The translations under genes were made by a program, and so were the position numbers. DNA of 64,000 nt, from NCBI GenBank assembly GCA_965218795.1, contig OZ244653.1, positions 1,824,001-1,888,000 on the forward strand, read 5' to 3'. Positions 29,250 through 39,967 of the stretch are shown here, piece after piece. The number at the start of each line of letters is the position of its first letter. Position 1 is the stretch's first letter. Below the pieces are notes generated by a model, which ran no database searches, was not told where the DNA came from, and saw nothing but the letters and a program-made list of their open reading frames with translations. The DNA is from a bacterium. Lineage in GTDB: Bacteria; UBA8248; JACPRG01; G963555815.

Positions 29250-31579
29250 GATTCTTCTCCGACAGTCGTCGGCCTGTAGTCGAGCACCTGTCCTGATTGA
29301 TCGATGAGGACGACCGATGCCGCTGCTCCTTCATGGATGTCGTCGGACACGGCAAGGTTCGCTTTGCCAGCTTCAGTCAGTTCCTTGGAAGTCGCAGCAA
29401 TACTGGATCCGGCCTGTTTCCAATTGAGCCTCAGGTCGACAAAGATGCCCGAGGCATTGGTGTCGACATCGACCCGGCAGCGCATGCCGCGCCAGGAGAT
29501 CGTCGTTATGGTGGCAGAGGCAGCTACCTCGCCACGCTCAACGGTCAAATCGGGGACGACGCATTCCTGTAGGCTTACACCGCCATGGGCGTATTCTGTG
29601 TTGACCCGGAAGGCGCCGATGCCAGGTGGCGAGGCAATGCGGAGCACCGGGTTCCAGTACCAGGGATAGGTCGGCACGGAGGGTGTCGACTCACCTTTGA
29701 CGGCAGCACAGCGTGCCCACTTGGTTTCCACCAGATACGGCGGCAGCTCTATTTTTGGCAGTCCGCCGGGAAGCAACAGCCAGCCGTGGTCTGTGACGAT
29801 CCGGACCTTGCTCCATCCTGCGCTGAGAAGCGCAACAATGCGATCTACGATGGATTCGATCTCGGGTTCGATCTGTTGGACCAGTGCCGCATCGAGCGAA
29901 TGGCCAAGTGAGTCGATCTTGCCTATCTCTGTCCAGGCACCCGCCTCGGAGCCCACGGCCATGAAGGTTTCGCCGTTCTCCAGAACCTCCACGCCCTGGC
30001 GGGCCATAGCCTCGCGAAGGCGGAGGGCATTGGCCGGCTTACCGCTATCGGAAACAAGCGGATAGAAATCCTCGGCGTCCGAGCCGCCAGCACAGGTAGA
30101 ATGGGCTGGTGAAGCCAGCGGCTTCGCCGTTGTGGTAACGGTGGGTATTGGAGCCACACGATGGGAAAGTTGCGTCTTGATGCCACGCGACTCAAGCCTC
30201 TCCTGCAGCGTCATGCCGAGATCGAAGCGCAGGCCGTCCGCGAAAAGGATGCAGGTATCTGCGTCGGATTCTATACCGGTCGCCAGTTTTCCCGGATCAA
30301 CGTCATCCGCTGAGAGGAGCTCCTGAAAACGCCGCGCTGTGTGGTCCAGCCAAGGTTCATAAATCGCGCGCACGACTCTGGTTACGAGATCTTGGTCGGT
30401 CCCGTGTGTAAAGGGCTTCAGGGCTTCGATGGCTGCAAGGTCGCAACGCCAACCTTCGGCGACATAGTGCGAGATCAAGTCTTCGGCGGTAGCGCCCCCA
30501 GGAGGGGTGTACTGTACCCCACGGGCGAGACGGCCTAGAGGGTCTAGGGAAAACGCAAACGGGCTTTTGCCAAGCTGTGCCCAAACCCACCCGCGACGCT
30601 CCTTATGCTCTTCGTCGAGTGCCGTAATCCTTTTACATGCGTCGTTGTGGGCAAGCTGTGCCGCTACTTCGAGTTCCCTCCGGAGATTGTTCTCTTGGTC
30701 TTCGTTGTAACTTGGCTGTCTCGCGAGGTCGCTGAACAGGTCCTTCGGACTGGCGGCCCATAATGCACCGAAGACACCTGGATAGAGTTTCGGTGCGTCG
30801 CAGAACCGTTGCCAAACCTCTTCCCATCTGTCTCCACCCTCTGTGAGCGAGTCAGCAGCCGCGCGGATGCCGTCCGTGTCCGGATCGAAACCAAATTCGC
30901 GGGTGCAGACGTCACGAAAAGTGTCCCAGCGGTCTATGTCCGAGCGTTTCTCGAAAGCTTCCGTGCCACTCATCCATACCAGCAGGTCGCGTACCGGATC
31001 GCCGATAGCCAGGCGATCGAAATCGTCAGCGTCGAGCCGTCGCCCGCGGAGGCCCGCGATCGGTTCCTGTGCCAATAGGGGCAGGGCGCGCAGCATCGAG
31101 TCGCGGGTATGGCTGTCCCGCGCAATATCGAGAGCAAGCGCATCGCCTGAGGTAAGGAACGCCTCGACCGTCCAATCGCGGCCGTTGCGCTGGTGCCAGA
31201 CCCCGCCACGGTACTGCAGCTCGATCAGCGGCTGAAGCATTGGGTCGCAGTCGCCGGCGGCGCGCAGATCCTGGCGTCCAACGTTCGGCAGGTAGAGGAT
31301 CGGAGCCACCCCCTCCTCCGGTGCGACATCGGGCAGGGTCCGGTCAACGATGCACTTGAGCCAGATGACCGGACCCTGTCGTTCATGTGGCGCGTAGGGA
31401 CCAAACAGATATAGTTGAGGCAACGTTTTTTGGAGCGCGGGTAGCAAAGGCTTCCATTGCCCGTCGGCATCGGTCCATAGCAGCGCTATCGGCGCACCCA
31501 CGCCATCTGGCGTTCGCAGGGCTGCGGCGAACGACGCCTTCATGGCGTCGATGAAGGTCTCTGCCTGGGCGGCGTTCAC
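29246..31579 (-). CDS. pglZ: BREX alkaline-phosphatase-family protein PglZ (type B-like)
   Basis: LFADGLRFD, PTVTTTAKP, IDSLGH, VTDHGWLL, YAHGGVSLQE. Confidence 0.92.
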   Translation of the reverse strand: MNAAQAETFIDAMKASFAAALRTPDGVGAPIALLWTDADGQWKPLLPALQKTLPQLYLFGPYAPHERQGPVIWLKCIVDRTLPDVAPEEGVAPILYLPNVGRQDLRAAGDCDPMLQPLIELQYRGGVWHQRNGRDWTVEAFLTSGDALALDIARDSHTRDSMLRALPLLAQEPIAGLRGRRLDADDFDRLAIGDPVRDLLVWMSGTEAFEKRSDIDRWDTFRDVCTREFGFDPDTDGIRAAADSLTEGGDRWEEVWQRFCDAPKLYPGVFGALWAASPKDLFSDLARQPSYNEDQENNLRRELEVAAQLAHNDACKRITALDEEHKERRGWVWAQLGKSPFAFSLDPLGRLARGVQYTPPGGATAEDLISHYVAEGWRCDLAAIEALKPFTHGTDQDLVTRVVRAIYEPWLDHTARRFQELLSADDVDPGKLATGIESDADTCILFADGLRFDLGMTLQERLESRGIKTQLSHRVAPIPTVTTTAKPLASPAHSTCAGGSDAEDFYPLVSDSGKPANALRLREAMARQGVEVLENGETFMAVGSEAGAWTEIGKIDSLGHSLDAALVQQIEPEIESIVDRIVALLSAGWSKVRIVTDHGWLLLPGGLPKIELPPYLVETKWARCAAVKGESTPSVPTYPWYWNPVLRIASPPGIGAFRVNTEYAHGGVSLQECVVPDLTVERGEVAASATITTISWRGMRCRVDVDTNASGIFVDLRLNWKQAGSSIAATSKELTEAGKANLAVSDDIHEGAAASVVLIDQSGQVLDYRPTTVGEES

Positions 31580-34500
31580 GTGTTGCCCTCCACTTCAGTC
31601 GCCCGACGCGCGCGTGCAGCCTGCTTGAAAGAATTTGAATAGTGCAGGTCATTCCAGCGATTGCCGTCGAACTTCTCTCCGCCGGCAAAATCAGACGCCG
31701 CCTCGTCCCAGCCCCAGAACCAGGGATAGTCTTCTTTGTCCCGCATGGGCTCCTTGCCCCGGTCCTTCGTCCATTTGATCTTCGGCGTAGAACGGAGAAT
31801 GCAGGCGCTCTTCGCTCGGGCGCCGAGAGGACGGGAAGTCATGAACGGGCGGATGTTCATTCGGACGCCGTTGTTTATATCGGGGTCCCAGCCGATCGGT
31901 TGGAGATGCAGCGGTTTCCAGCGCACGAAAATGTCGTACGGCGGCTCGCCCTTGAGGATATTTCTCAGTTCTGCCCGCAAATGTTCGGCATGGGCGAGGC
32001 GGGCATCGGCTCCCTCGACACTGGCACTTTGATCTGCGCGCTGGCGGTCGATCCAATCGCCAAGATACGAGTAGATCAGCTTCTCAAGCGTCCGACGGCC
32101 CTCGCCGTTCGGGGCGGCGAGTCGGTGATAGTTCACGAGCGCATGGAACCCGTCACGCCGGCCGTCCCAAATGTGCCAGATGAAGGGGCGTTGCTGGAAC
32201 AACGCGCAGTGCTGTTCGAAGAACCCGTCGTGCAGCCAGTCGTCGAGAGATTTGCCGGAAAAGCCGGTTTCGGCCAGCAAATCAGCGAGTTTGGACGCCG
32301 ACCAATCAGCGCCGAAGGCGTCGGCAAGAATCTCGCTTGCTCGTTCTGCCGCAGGTCTTTCTCCCTTTATTGCGGAAAGACAAGCAATTCCGTCTTCGTC
32401 TATCAGGCGCCCAGAAATTCTTGTCGGCTGCGGTTCACCTAATACCGACCTAATCTGTCGAGGCCATTTGTAACCGAGAAAGGTTGCTATAGAGCTCTGA
32501 AGTGGCGCGATCGAATCATGAATATTGCCACTGTGTATCCATTCAGCAGGGCTAATCGAGCTCGGGTTCGGCAAACCTTTATTGTATTTAACTCGAAAAA
32601 TTGAGTACCATTTTGCGAGTTCAAATGGAATCTTTACAAGACTGGCGTTTGTCACCCCCAATTTCTCGTCTATTTTACGAACGTCTCTTGCATAGTCATC
32701 CGATGAGCAATATGCCCAAATCGGGCCGAGGTATTCCTCATTTTTTGGAACGAGCACAGCAATATTGTTATCGAACCATCGTCCTGCAAATAAGGAACAC
32801 GGGAGTGCTCGCATTTGAGTAACCGCAATGCCGCGTTTCCCGATTGCTTGAGTTCCTCTAATAGCCGCGCCTTCATGTTTCGACAATTCGCCCTTTCCCT
32901 GATCCCATTTCACAACAAATCGGCAGCCGGAATACTCATCAGTCTGTTTAATTGTCGATTGCTGAAATTCCCAACTGTCATCCGCTCCATCTATTTCCCA
33001 AAAAAAGCGTCCGAACCTCTGAAAATCTCCCGTTGATGGTCCTTGCAATGAATCCGCGAATTCACTCAACAGCGCGCTAGCCTCAAATTCACCGAAAACA
33101 AAACGTTGATCGGGAACTTGGGCAATTTTTCCATGGGTTGCTAGTCTCACAGGATTTCGCTTCAGATCTTGACCGCGCTGCTTCTCTTCGATTTCGTCAG
33201 ATTCAAGGCCCGCCGCAACCTGTGACTGGTGACCTCGGAAACGGGTTATAATTGTGAGCGCCCGCAGTGTGTCCCAGCTGGCTTGAGCAGTTGTTCCTGA
33301 GCCGACTTTGGCTACGAAATTGATAGATTGCGAGTTGAGTATCCTGTTTCTGAACTTTTCATAGGTCCCTAGAAAGAGCCAATTGTTTGGGGAGACTACA
33401 GCGTAGGTACCACCGTTCTCAGTTAGTTCATGGCATCGCTTCAAAAATACCGTCGCCAAATCTTGATCAATATCGGGAGCATAAGACATGGAAAAGTCAC
33501 GAATTATCGTGCCTTGCTTTCCACGTACTAGATACGGAACGTTCGTTGCTACAAGCGAGTAGCTTGTCGCCAAGAGCTCGGCAGCCCTAGTCATCCCATG
33601 GGCGGCTACAGCCATTTCGTATTGCACTTCATCGCTTTCCACTCCAGACAGGACCAACGCGAACAGTGGTTCCAGCTTCTCGAAACCTTCACGGAAGATT
33701 TCCGCACCTTCGCGACGTGGATCGATCAGGCTGCCAAGCCAAGGTGCCTTGGCGAAGAGATCGTAGAGCGCCTCGAGCCCGTTCTTTGCACGCTCTTCCA
33801 GCCCATGGGTAAGCAGGTTGTTTTCCACGCCGAAAAGGTCGCGCCTCGCGTCCGGATCGACCGCCATGACCGCCTTGTCCGCGAGCTTCAGCCATTCCGC
33901 TTTGGTCACGCCGATTGCGAGACCTGAGCAGGCTAGGTTCAACTGCGGCAATGTGCGATAGCCGACCTTTCGCCAAGCCGCGAAGGCCAGGTTGAAAGCC
34001 GCAATCTGCGTGCAGCGCGGGTCGATTTCCAACCCGAACAAATTGTCGCGAAGCACGGCTTCGAAGGCTTCCGTCTCGCTTAGTCCTTCCTCGGCTTTGC
34101 GGAAGGCGGCGAGGATCGGCAGCGCGAAGACCAGGAAATGCCCCGAGCCCATGCAGGGATCTAGCACAGTGAGGTCTTTCGCAGCCGTCGGCCAGCCCTT
34201 GAACGTGCCGGCGGCCGGGCGCCACGGGCCTTGATCGCCGTCCTCAGCCTTCTCGCGGATGAAGCGCAGGTAGGTCCACTCGACATCGCCGACCTTGCAC
34301 GTCGCCCGCAGCTCTTCCTCGCTCTGCGCCGAAGTTGCGATATCGGGATTTCCAGCCAGAACTTTGCCAGCCCACCAAGCGCCAAGGGTGTTGTGGAGCA
34401 GGAAGAGGACCATGTAGTCCTCGGTGAAGAGCTGAGTGACCGCCGGCAGCTCGTCTGCCCCGATTTTGGTCTCGGATCGGTTGACCTCTTCTTTCTTCTC

Positions 34501-35070
34501 CGCTTGCCAGAACTGGTAGACCCATCCGAGGCTGTCGTCTGCGGTAAAGACATCGCGAGGCAGCGACTTCAGCAGGTCCTCCAGATCGGATCGCGTTTCG
34601 GGCGGGAGCGTGACGGCTAAGGCGGGGTCGTTAGAACGGAAGATTTGAGGCAGCATGCGTTCGGCGTAGTCGCTGGCGAGTGCAAGCCAGTCGGCGCCTT
34701 CCTCTCGCGCCAGTTCCTGGCACTCCTCCAGTGTGATGGCGACACCTGAATTGGGCTCGATCAGCAGGTCCGTCTCAGCGAGGAAGCGGGCGAACAGCAT
34801 GCGATGCCAATGCTCGTAGGCACATTCCTGGACTAGGCGGCCAACTGTCTGCGTTCCTTTCTGGCGATCTCGTCGGTCACCCAGTTGTCGACCATGCGCG
34901 CGCAGGCGATTTCGCAGTGCGCGTTGCTCCGGAGTCATTGAGCCGTAAGGCTCATGGTGATGGACGCCGAGTTGCTCCAAGACCTTGCGAGCACCGGTTT
35001 CAGCGACGCGCCGGGCTTGTTTGACCGTCCTTTCGAGATCCCTGCGTAGGTCTCTGGCCAGAGTTGTCAT
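31576..35070 (-). CDS. pglX: BREX adenine DNA methyltransferase
   Basis: PAVTQLFTEDYMV, LDPCMGSGHF, LFGLEID, ATNVPY; position between brxC and pglZ. Confidence 0.9.
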   Translation of the reverse strand: MTTLARDLRRDLERTVKQARRVAETGARKVLEQLGVHHHEPYGSMTPEQRALRNRLRAHGRQLGDRRDRQKGTQTVGRLVQECAYEHWHRMLFARFLAETDLLIEPNSGVAITLEECQELAREEGADWLALASDYAERMLPQIFRSNDPALAVTLPPETRSDLEDLLKSLPRDVFTADDSLGWVYQFWQAEKKEEVNRSETKIGADELPAVTQLFTEDYMVLFLLHNTLGAWWAGKVLAGNPDIATSAQSEEELRATCKVGDVEWTYLRFIREKAEDGDQGPWRPAAGTFKGWPTAAKDLTVLDPCMGSGHFLVFALPILAAFRKAEEGLSETEAFEAVLRDNLFGLEIDPRCTQIAAFNLAFAAWRKVGYRTLPQLNLACSGLAIGVTKAEWLKLADKAVMAVDPDARRDLFGVENNLLTHGLEERAKNGLEALYDLFAKAPWLGSLIDPRREGAEIFREGFEKLEPLFALVLSGVESDEVQYEMAVAAHGMTRAAELLATSYSLVATNVPYLVRGKQGTIIRDFSMSYAPDIDQDLATVFLKRCHELTENGGTYAVVSPNNWLFLGTYEKFRNRILNSQSINFVAKVGSGTTAQASWDTLRALTIITRFRGHQSQVAAGLESDEIEEKQRGQDLKRNPVRLATHGKIAQVPDQRFVFGEFEASALLSEFADSLQGPSTGDFQRFGRFFWEIDGADDSWEFQQSTIKQTDEYSGCRFVVKWDQGKGELSKHEGAAIRGTQAIGKRGIAVTQMRALPCSLFAGRWFDNNIAVLVPKNEEYLGPIWAYCSSDDYARDVRKIDEKLGVTNASLVKIPFELAKWYSIFRVKYNKGLPNPSSISPAEWIHSGNIHDSIAPLQSSIATFLGYKWPRQIRSVLGEPQPTRISGRLIDEDGIACLSAIKGERPAAERASEILADAFGADWSASKLADLLAETGFSGKSLDDWLHDGFFEQHCALFQQRPFIWHIWDGRRDGFHALVNYHRLAAPNGEGRRTLEKLIYSYLGDWIDRQRADQSASVEGADARLAHAEHLRAELRNILKGEPPYDIFVRWKPLHLQPIGWDPDINNGVRMNIRPFMTSRPLGARAKSACILRSTPKIKWTKDRGKEPMRDKEDYPWFWGWDEAASDFAGGEKFDGNRWNDLHYSNSFKQAARARRATEVEGNT

Positions 35071-35082
35071 AGGCCGCCTTCC

Positions 35083-38000
35083 TTAGCTCACCAGCACGGG
35101 ACCGTTGGCCACGGCGTCCAACAGGGTTTTCTTCTGGCGTTCGGTCCACGCTTCGACCTCTGCCGCGTCCCGGAGCGTGCTGCGCTCCAGCGCGACGGAC
35201 TGCACCTCCGGTTCGAGCAGTTTCGCGGCACGCTCGATGGCTTGGACGGCCCTTCCCGGGATGGCGTCGATTTCGGCCTGGGCGCTGGACAGCGGCGTCT
35301 GGTCGAGATGACCGACAAGCGCTTCTTCATCCGAGACACTTGGCTTGGTTGGTGCCCTCAGCCCGACTGTTTCCTTGATGGTGCTTTGGTCTTCCGCCGA
35401 CACCTTCTTCCAGACCTCGTTCGCATCGAGGGTCTTGATGGCTTCATCGAACGCTGACTCATGGGCCGCAAAATTCTCCTGGACCGTCTTGCGAAGAATG
35501 CTAGCGAGGCCTTTGCGAATTCCGCTGGCCGGATCTGAGCTTTCCAGCAACAGCCTCTGGGATTTGACCGCTTCGATTTCTTCAAGGTGAGGCTTTGCGT
35601 CCTCAATCGGGGCGGCATGTCGGGCTAGGCGCTCGATCAGGCCCCATTTCGGCAAGCGATCGTCGACCAGATCTCTCGCGGCCTGCCAGTCCTTGATTGT
35701 TGTTTCCCACTCGCCCGTCATGTTTTTGATGGCGACGAGCTGCTCGTTGCCGACGAGCCTCTGGATATCTTCGATTTCAGTGACCGATGGCGCAACGGGG
35801 AGGGGTGCGTTTCCGCCGGCTGAATTGGCGAGGTCAATCAGCTTGGTGAGGAAATCACCGGTACGGACCCCTTCCTCTCCGCTCTTGCAAGAGACCCCGA
35901 GGCCCTGGAACAATTTCCGGAGAAGCAGTCGATCCTGAACGGAAAGAGTCGCCTGTTCGATCCGGAAGTCCGATTTCGAGATTTTGTTCTGATCCAATTG
36001 GCCGAGTGGGACCGCTACGCCATTCAGTGTCGCGGTGATGTGCTGTGAGCGGTGGAGTGCAATCAGCGCGGCATCGACGGCGTCCCGCGGCCAGCCGAAG
36101 GGTGATTCGCTTAGCGTCTTACGAATATCCTTGCCCGACTTACCAGCGCCGATGGTTGAGAGCACCTGCTGGCAAACCGCATGCTTCTCGGTGGCGTCGG
36201 AATGCCCTGTCGGTTGGAAAGGGTGATCGGCGCCGTCGCGTGCGCGCTTGATGACGGCCGTCCAAGCAGCGGTGTCGGCTTCCTTGAAGCGTGGGAACAT
36301 GCGGACCAGCGCGTCGTCGCTGGACGTCTTGATGCGATCCTCAAGCGTCGAAAGGAGAACTTCGTTGCCACCGCCCTGAAAGACCTTGGCATTGGAAACG
36401 ATCTCGCGGATCAGTCGATCGCGGTCACCGACAACCCGGGCCCTGCGGCTGTCCATGCTTTGCCGCGCTTCCTGCCCCTCAGGACCAGTCGGATTGCCTC
36501 TCGTGTCCAGGGTCTGCTGTGCCGCGTCAGCCTCGACGAGCAGGCACCGCAGGTCGTCCGCCGACTGACGAGGAATAAACACGTGAATCGTCGGACTGTC
36601 GGATCCGGCCGAGCGTGCGGCGTCGGTCACATCTTTTTCCGATGCGCTCCACCCGTCACGGATCCAGACTGGGATACCGGACCCGTCGACGTCAGACGGT
36701 GCCGCCTCCCGATGGATGACGAACTGCCGCGGTTCCTTTGCAGCCCCGTGCACCACGCGCAAGCCGCGAATGACCTTGTCGATCTCGCTGTAAAGGAACT
36801 GGTCGCGTTTGAACTGGATGCCGGCATCGTCGTTGTTGAGCTTGGTTTGCCGGTTCCGGAATTCCTGGTCCCATTCGCTGCCTTCGCGGGTCTGCAGCCG
36901 GTATTCATGGCCGACAAGCATCAGCACACCGTCGTCGGCCAGCTTCTTGAGCATCGTCTCGATATCGTTCCGAAGCTTGCCGTTGTCCCCGGCAAGATCG
37001 TCGATGATCAGGTCCGCGATATGGTCCTTGGTGGCCCGGACTCCCGTGTCTGCGCCCGCCTCTCGCGTAAGCTTGCCGATAAGGAACACAAGGCCGCAGA
37101 GGCGCTGGGCGAGAGGGCCGTCGGTTTTGCCGACCTGGATGATCCGCTCGTTGATTTCCCGCAGTAACACACCGGTATTGACCATCTCCGGTGCAAGGGC
37201 ATCGAAGAGCTCGTCCGCCGACACAACCGTGCCGACGGGCCGATCCGACAGTTTGGCAACCGCGTCATGGATAATGCGCAGTTGAGATCGAAGCTGGCTG
37301 CTCGTGCCGGCAGCGTCGATTTGACGGAAGCACTCTTCCCAGAACCGTCGTCGCACCGGAAGCAGCGGATAATCATCGACAATGACCGCGCGATCTTCGG
37401 TGATTTCACCAATTCGTGTTCCCTGCAACTGTCGCGAAATCTCGCCGCTGTGCTTGTCGAGCAGGGTGCGCACGTCACCGACGGCGCTGGGTTTTTTCTG
37501 GAGCAGCACCTTGCGGGTGACAGTTTCCACCTCCGCATCGGAGAGGGGGACCCGGATCGTGAAGCGATCCATCAGCTTCTGCAGAAGAGGGATGTCGGTC
37601 AGGGCGCTCTGGCCAGCGCCCACGATCATGACATGACTATCCAGCTGTTTCTCAGCAGCCTCAACAACCTCTGTGACCAGAACCGACCGGTCATTTGATT
37701 CGCCGATATACTGCTGGACCTCGTCCAGAACGATGAGTGTGCACGGCAGCCTGTCGTTCTGGGAAGCGAACTCAAGTGCATCCTTGGCGATGCGAAGAAA
37801 TTCCTGCGTCGTGATGTCCGAGGCCTGCGGCGGGAACTGGGCTTTGATCAGCTGTTTCGCTTCGGCTTCACCATCCGCGAATGTCGGCTCGCAGTCGATT
37901 ATCGCGCGCGCGATCAGGCCGCTGACATATAGATTGTTGAGCTCGCGGTCGAACGATTTGCCCGCGGCCTCGATAGTTGATTTCACCGCCTCGAAGTAGT

Positions 38001-38532
38001 CTTGGGAGTGAAGCCACAAGCAGAAACGTGCTTGGGGATACTGTTCGGGCAGGCCGGTGGCGCGAAGCAAGATGCCCAGGATTGTGGTCCGGACGTTGTC
38101 CGTCGTACCGCTTGGCAAGGAGCCCGCGGCAGCCAGAAGACCGCCGGCGCGTTTGCCGGCAACGTCCAGTTCGCGGAGGAGCGCGTTCAGTTCTTCTGGT
38201 ATCGATGGCACGAGGCTGCGAGCCGTCGCGCCATCGGGAAACTCGGTGTTCTGCCACAGGTGGCACAGCATCTTCAGAAGGTGCGACTTTCCGCTTCCGA
38301 AAAATCCGCTGACCCAGGCGCCCCTTTGATTCGTTCTGCCAAGATTGTCGATGAAGGAGCGGATGATCTTCTGGATCCCGTCCGCGTACTGTCCTTCGCA
38401 GACAAACGTGGACAGTTCGCCGTGGAGTTCCTGCATGGTGCGTTCGTCCTGGCGATCGGTGATGCGCGCCTGACCCTGGTTGATAAGGGGGTTCGCCGCA
38501 GGGTCTCGCTGCAGCACGTCTTTGATTTTCAT
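35083..38532 (-). CDS. brxC: BREX P-loop ATPase
   Basis: WVSGFFGSGKSHLLK, VLDEVQQYIG, GAGQSAL, YPLLP, PFGWPRDA. Confidence 0.92.
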   Translation of the reverse strand: MKIKDVLQRDPAANPLINQGQARITDRQDERTMQELHGELSTFVCEGQYADGIQKIIRSFIDNLGRTNQRGAWVSGFFGSGKSHLLKMLCHLWQNTEFPDGATARSLVPSIPEELNALLRELDVAGKRAGGLLAAAGSLPSGTTDNVRTTILGILLRATGLPEQYPQARFCLWLHSQDYFEAVKSTIEAAGKSFDRELNNLYVSGLIARAIIDCEPTFADGEAEAKQLIKAQFPPQASDITTQEFLRIAKDALEFASQNDRLPCTLIVLDEVQQYIGESNDRSVLVTEVVEAAEKQLDSHVMIVGAGQSALTDIPLLQKLMDRFTIRVPLSDAEVETVTRKVLLQKKPSAVGDVRTLLDKHSGEISRQLQGTRIGEITEDRAVIVDDYPLLPVRRRFWEECFRQIDAAGTSSQLRSQLRIIHDAVAKLSDRPVGTVVSADELFDALAPEMVNTGVLLREINERIIQVGKTDGPLAQRLCGLVFLIGKLTREAGADTGVRATKDHIADLIIDDLAGDNGKLRNDIETMLKKLADDGVLMLVGHEYRLQTREGSEWDQEFRNRQTKLNNDDAGIQFKRDQFLYSEIDKVIRGLRVVHGAAKEPRQFVIHREAAPSDVDGSGIPVWIRDGWSASEKDVTDAARSAGSDSPTIHVFIPRQSADDLRCLLVEADAAQQTLDTRGNPTGPEGQEARQSMDSRRARVVGDRDRLIREIVSNAKVFQGGGNEVLLSTLEDRIKTSSDDALVRMFPRFKEADTAAWTAVIKRARDGADHPFQPTGHSDATEKHAVCQQVLSTIGAGKSGKDIRKTLSESPFGWPRDAVDAALIALHRSQHITATLNGVAVPLGQLDQNKISKSDFRIEQATLSVQDRLLLRKLFQGLGVSCKSGEEGVRTGDFLTKLIDLANSAGGNAPLPVAPSVTEIEDIQRLVGNEQLVAIKNMTGEWETTIKDWQAARDLVDDRLPKWGLIERLARHAAPIEDAKPHLEEIEAVKSQRLLLESSDPASGIRKGLASILRKTVQENFAAHESAFDEAIKTLDANEVWKKVSAEDQSTIKETVGLRAPTKPSVSDEEALVGHLDQTPLSSAQAEIDAIPGRAVQAIERAAKLLEPEVQSVALERSTLRDAAEVEAWTERQKKTLLDAVANGPVLVS

Positions 38533-39092
38533 GCGTATCCTCCTTCGCCATGCAGCGTGATCGGCACCGCCAGGTAGTTCCAGCCATCACGCGCATCGAG
38601 CAGGCGGTAATTGTTTTTTTCGTAGTGGCCCGGAAAGAAGACAACGAGGCGACCGAGGATGTCGCCCTCCACCATTTTCAGGATCTGAGAAACGCGGGCG
38701 AATCCGAAGATGGCCCCGACGCCGAAGACGGCGACAACCGATGTCTCTGTTACGCCTGGTTGGTTCAGTAACTCGCTCAGGCGTTCCGCCACATAGTCCG
38801 CGAATTCGGCATCCAGCTTAAGTTGGAGATCCTCGGGCGAGGCAAAGTACTCATCCTTGTAGTCGTCCTGCGCGATCCATTCGGCAAAGACCGAAGCTAG
38901 ATCGATTTCGTGCCATTCGTGGCCGGCCTGCTTGGTGGCGGTTTCGAAGGCGAGTTTACGGGCGCGTAAGGTTCTCTCGAGCTCCTTGTCGTAAACGACC
39001 ATCACGACGCGTTGGGCGCCGGCGACCGTTCGTTGCCAGGGGGTCGCAATGTGCCGGCCGTACTTCTCTGCGAGAGCTTCAATGCGGGCCAT
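38529..39092 (-). CDS. brxB: BREX BrxB (DUF1788-like) protein
   Basis: GRLVVFFPGHY...YRLLDARDGWNYLAVPI; directly upstream of brxC. Confidence 0.8.
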   Translation of the reverse strand: MARIEALAEKYGRHIATPWQRTVAGAQRVVMVVYDKELERTLRARKLAFETATKQAGHEWHEIDLASVFAEWIAQDDYKDEYFASPEDLQLKLDAEFADYVAERLSELLNQPGVTETSVVAVFGVGAIFGFARVSQILKMVEGDILGRLVVFFPGHYEKNNYRLLDARDGWNYLAVPITLHGEGGYA

Positions 39093-39094
39093 GG

Positions 39095-39901
39095 TCAGGT
39101 CCTCTTGCTTGCAGGATCAAGGAGCGAGACATCCAACTCGACGACATCCCCGGCCATGCGAAGATTGATCAATCCCAGTCGTTTTGCTTCAAGGGCGTAA
39201 TGGCGAGTTTGAGATGGATCGCAGTCGAGCACCCGGAACCAAGCCGAAGTAAAGGTTTCAGTCCCGCGATAGCCTGCCGCGCTGGCCAGATAGAGCGCGA
39301 ATGCAGCCGTTGCCGGAGAAGCCTGGACAGGCCGCCGCTTTTTGAAAGTGCGCCCTTCGAGGTGCCCCGATTGTGTCCAACTGCTCGCCGCATTCTGGCA
39401 CACTTTTTTAAGGGTACTGTCGCTCAACCGATCACCGACTGCAGCACGCAGGGCGGCCTTCATCGGTACGCGCTGAAATTCCTCACCGGGAGCTAGAAGG
39501 ATGATGGAGGGGGCGCTTGCCGCAAGAAGGGGGTCTCTGGCGATTGCGGCCAGCAAGGCCAGTCTCGAACGGTTCTCTTGGTCGATGTTCCACAGCCGAC
39601 GTAGGATCCGAAACAGAGGGATCTTGGAGTCCAATCCGTAGAGTTCGCTCAGTCTCTGGCTTGAGAGCCGCCGGGTTGCAGCAGTAACCTTCGAAAGGCA
39701 ATTTGCGTCGATGATTGCCGAAGTGTAGTCATCTCGCACTGCTGTTTCTCCGGTCGCATCGAGGATTGCTTCCAGTTCCGCCAGCATCATGGTACGGCTG
39801 GTGTGCGTTCCTTTATCTCCGAACCGAAAGCCGGCCTTTTCAGCTCTTGTGCGCGGTTCGTTGGCCGGGTAGAAGCGAAATTCTGCCTGTTGTGAATTCA
39901 T
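39095..39901 (-). CDS. first gene of the BREX operon, BrxA-position protein
   Basis: GTHTSRTMMLAEL, RLSELYGLD, ARDPLL, ASSWTQSGHLEGR; stop 2 bp from brxB; brxA equivalence inferred from position. Confidence 0.7.
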   Translation of the reverse strand: MNSQQAEFRFYPANEPRTRAEKAGFRFGDKGTHTSRTMMLAELEAILDATGETAVRDDYTSAIIDANCLSKVTAATRRLSSQRLSELYGLDSKIPLFRILRRLWNIDQENRSRLALLAAIARDPLLAASAPSIILLAPGEEFQRVPMKAALRAAVGDRLSDSTLKKVCQNAASSWTQSGHLEGRTFKKRRPVQASPATAAFALYLASAAGYRGTETFTSAWFRVLDCDPSQTRHYALEAKRLGLINLRMAGDVVELDVSLLDPASKRT

Positions 39902-39967
39902 AAGGGCTCCGTCTACAAATTTTTCAGTATAATCGATCACGAAAAATCCCAGAGTCAATCAAAAATA

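Noticed and set aside
39921-39960. Sigma70 promoter for BREX (TTGACT...TATACT on the minus strand)
   Set aside because: The spacer is 21 bp, too long for a canonical promoter.
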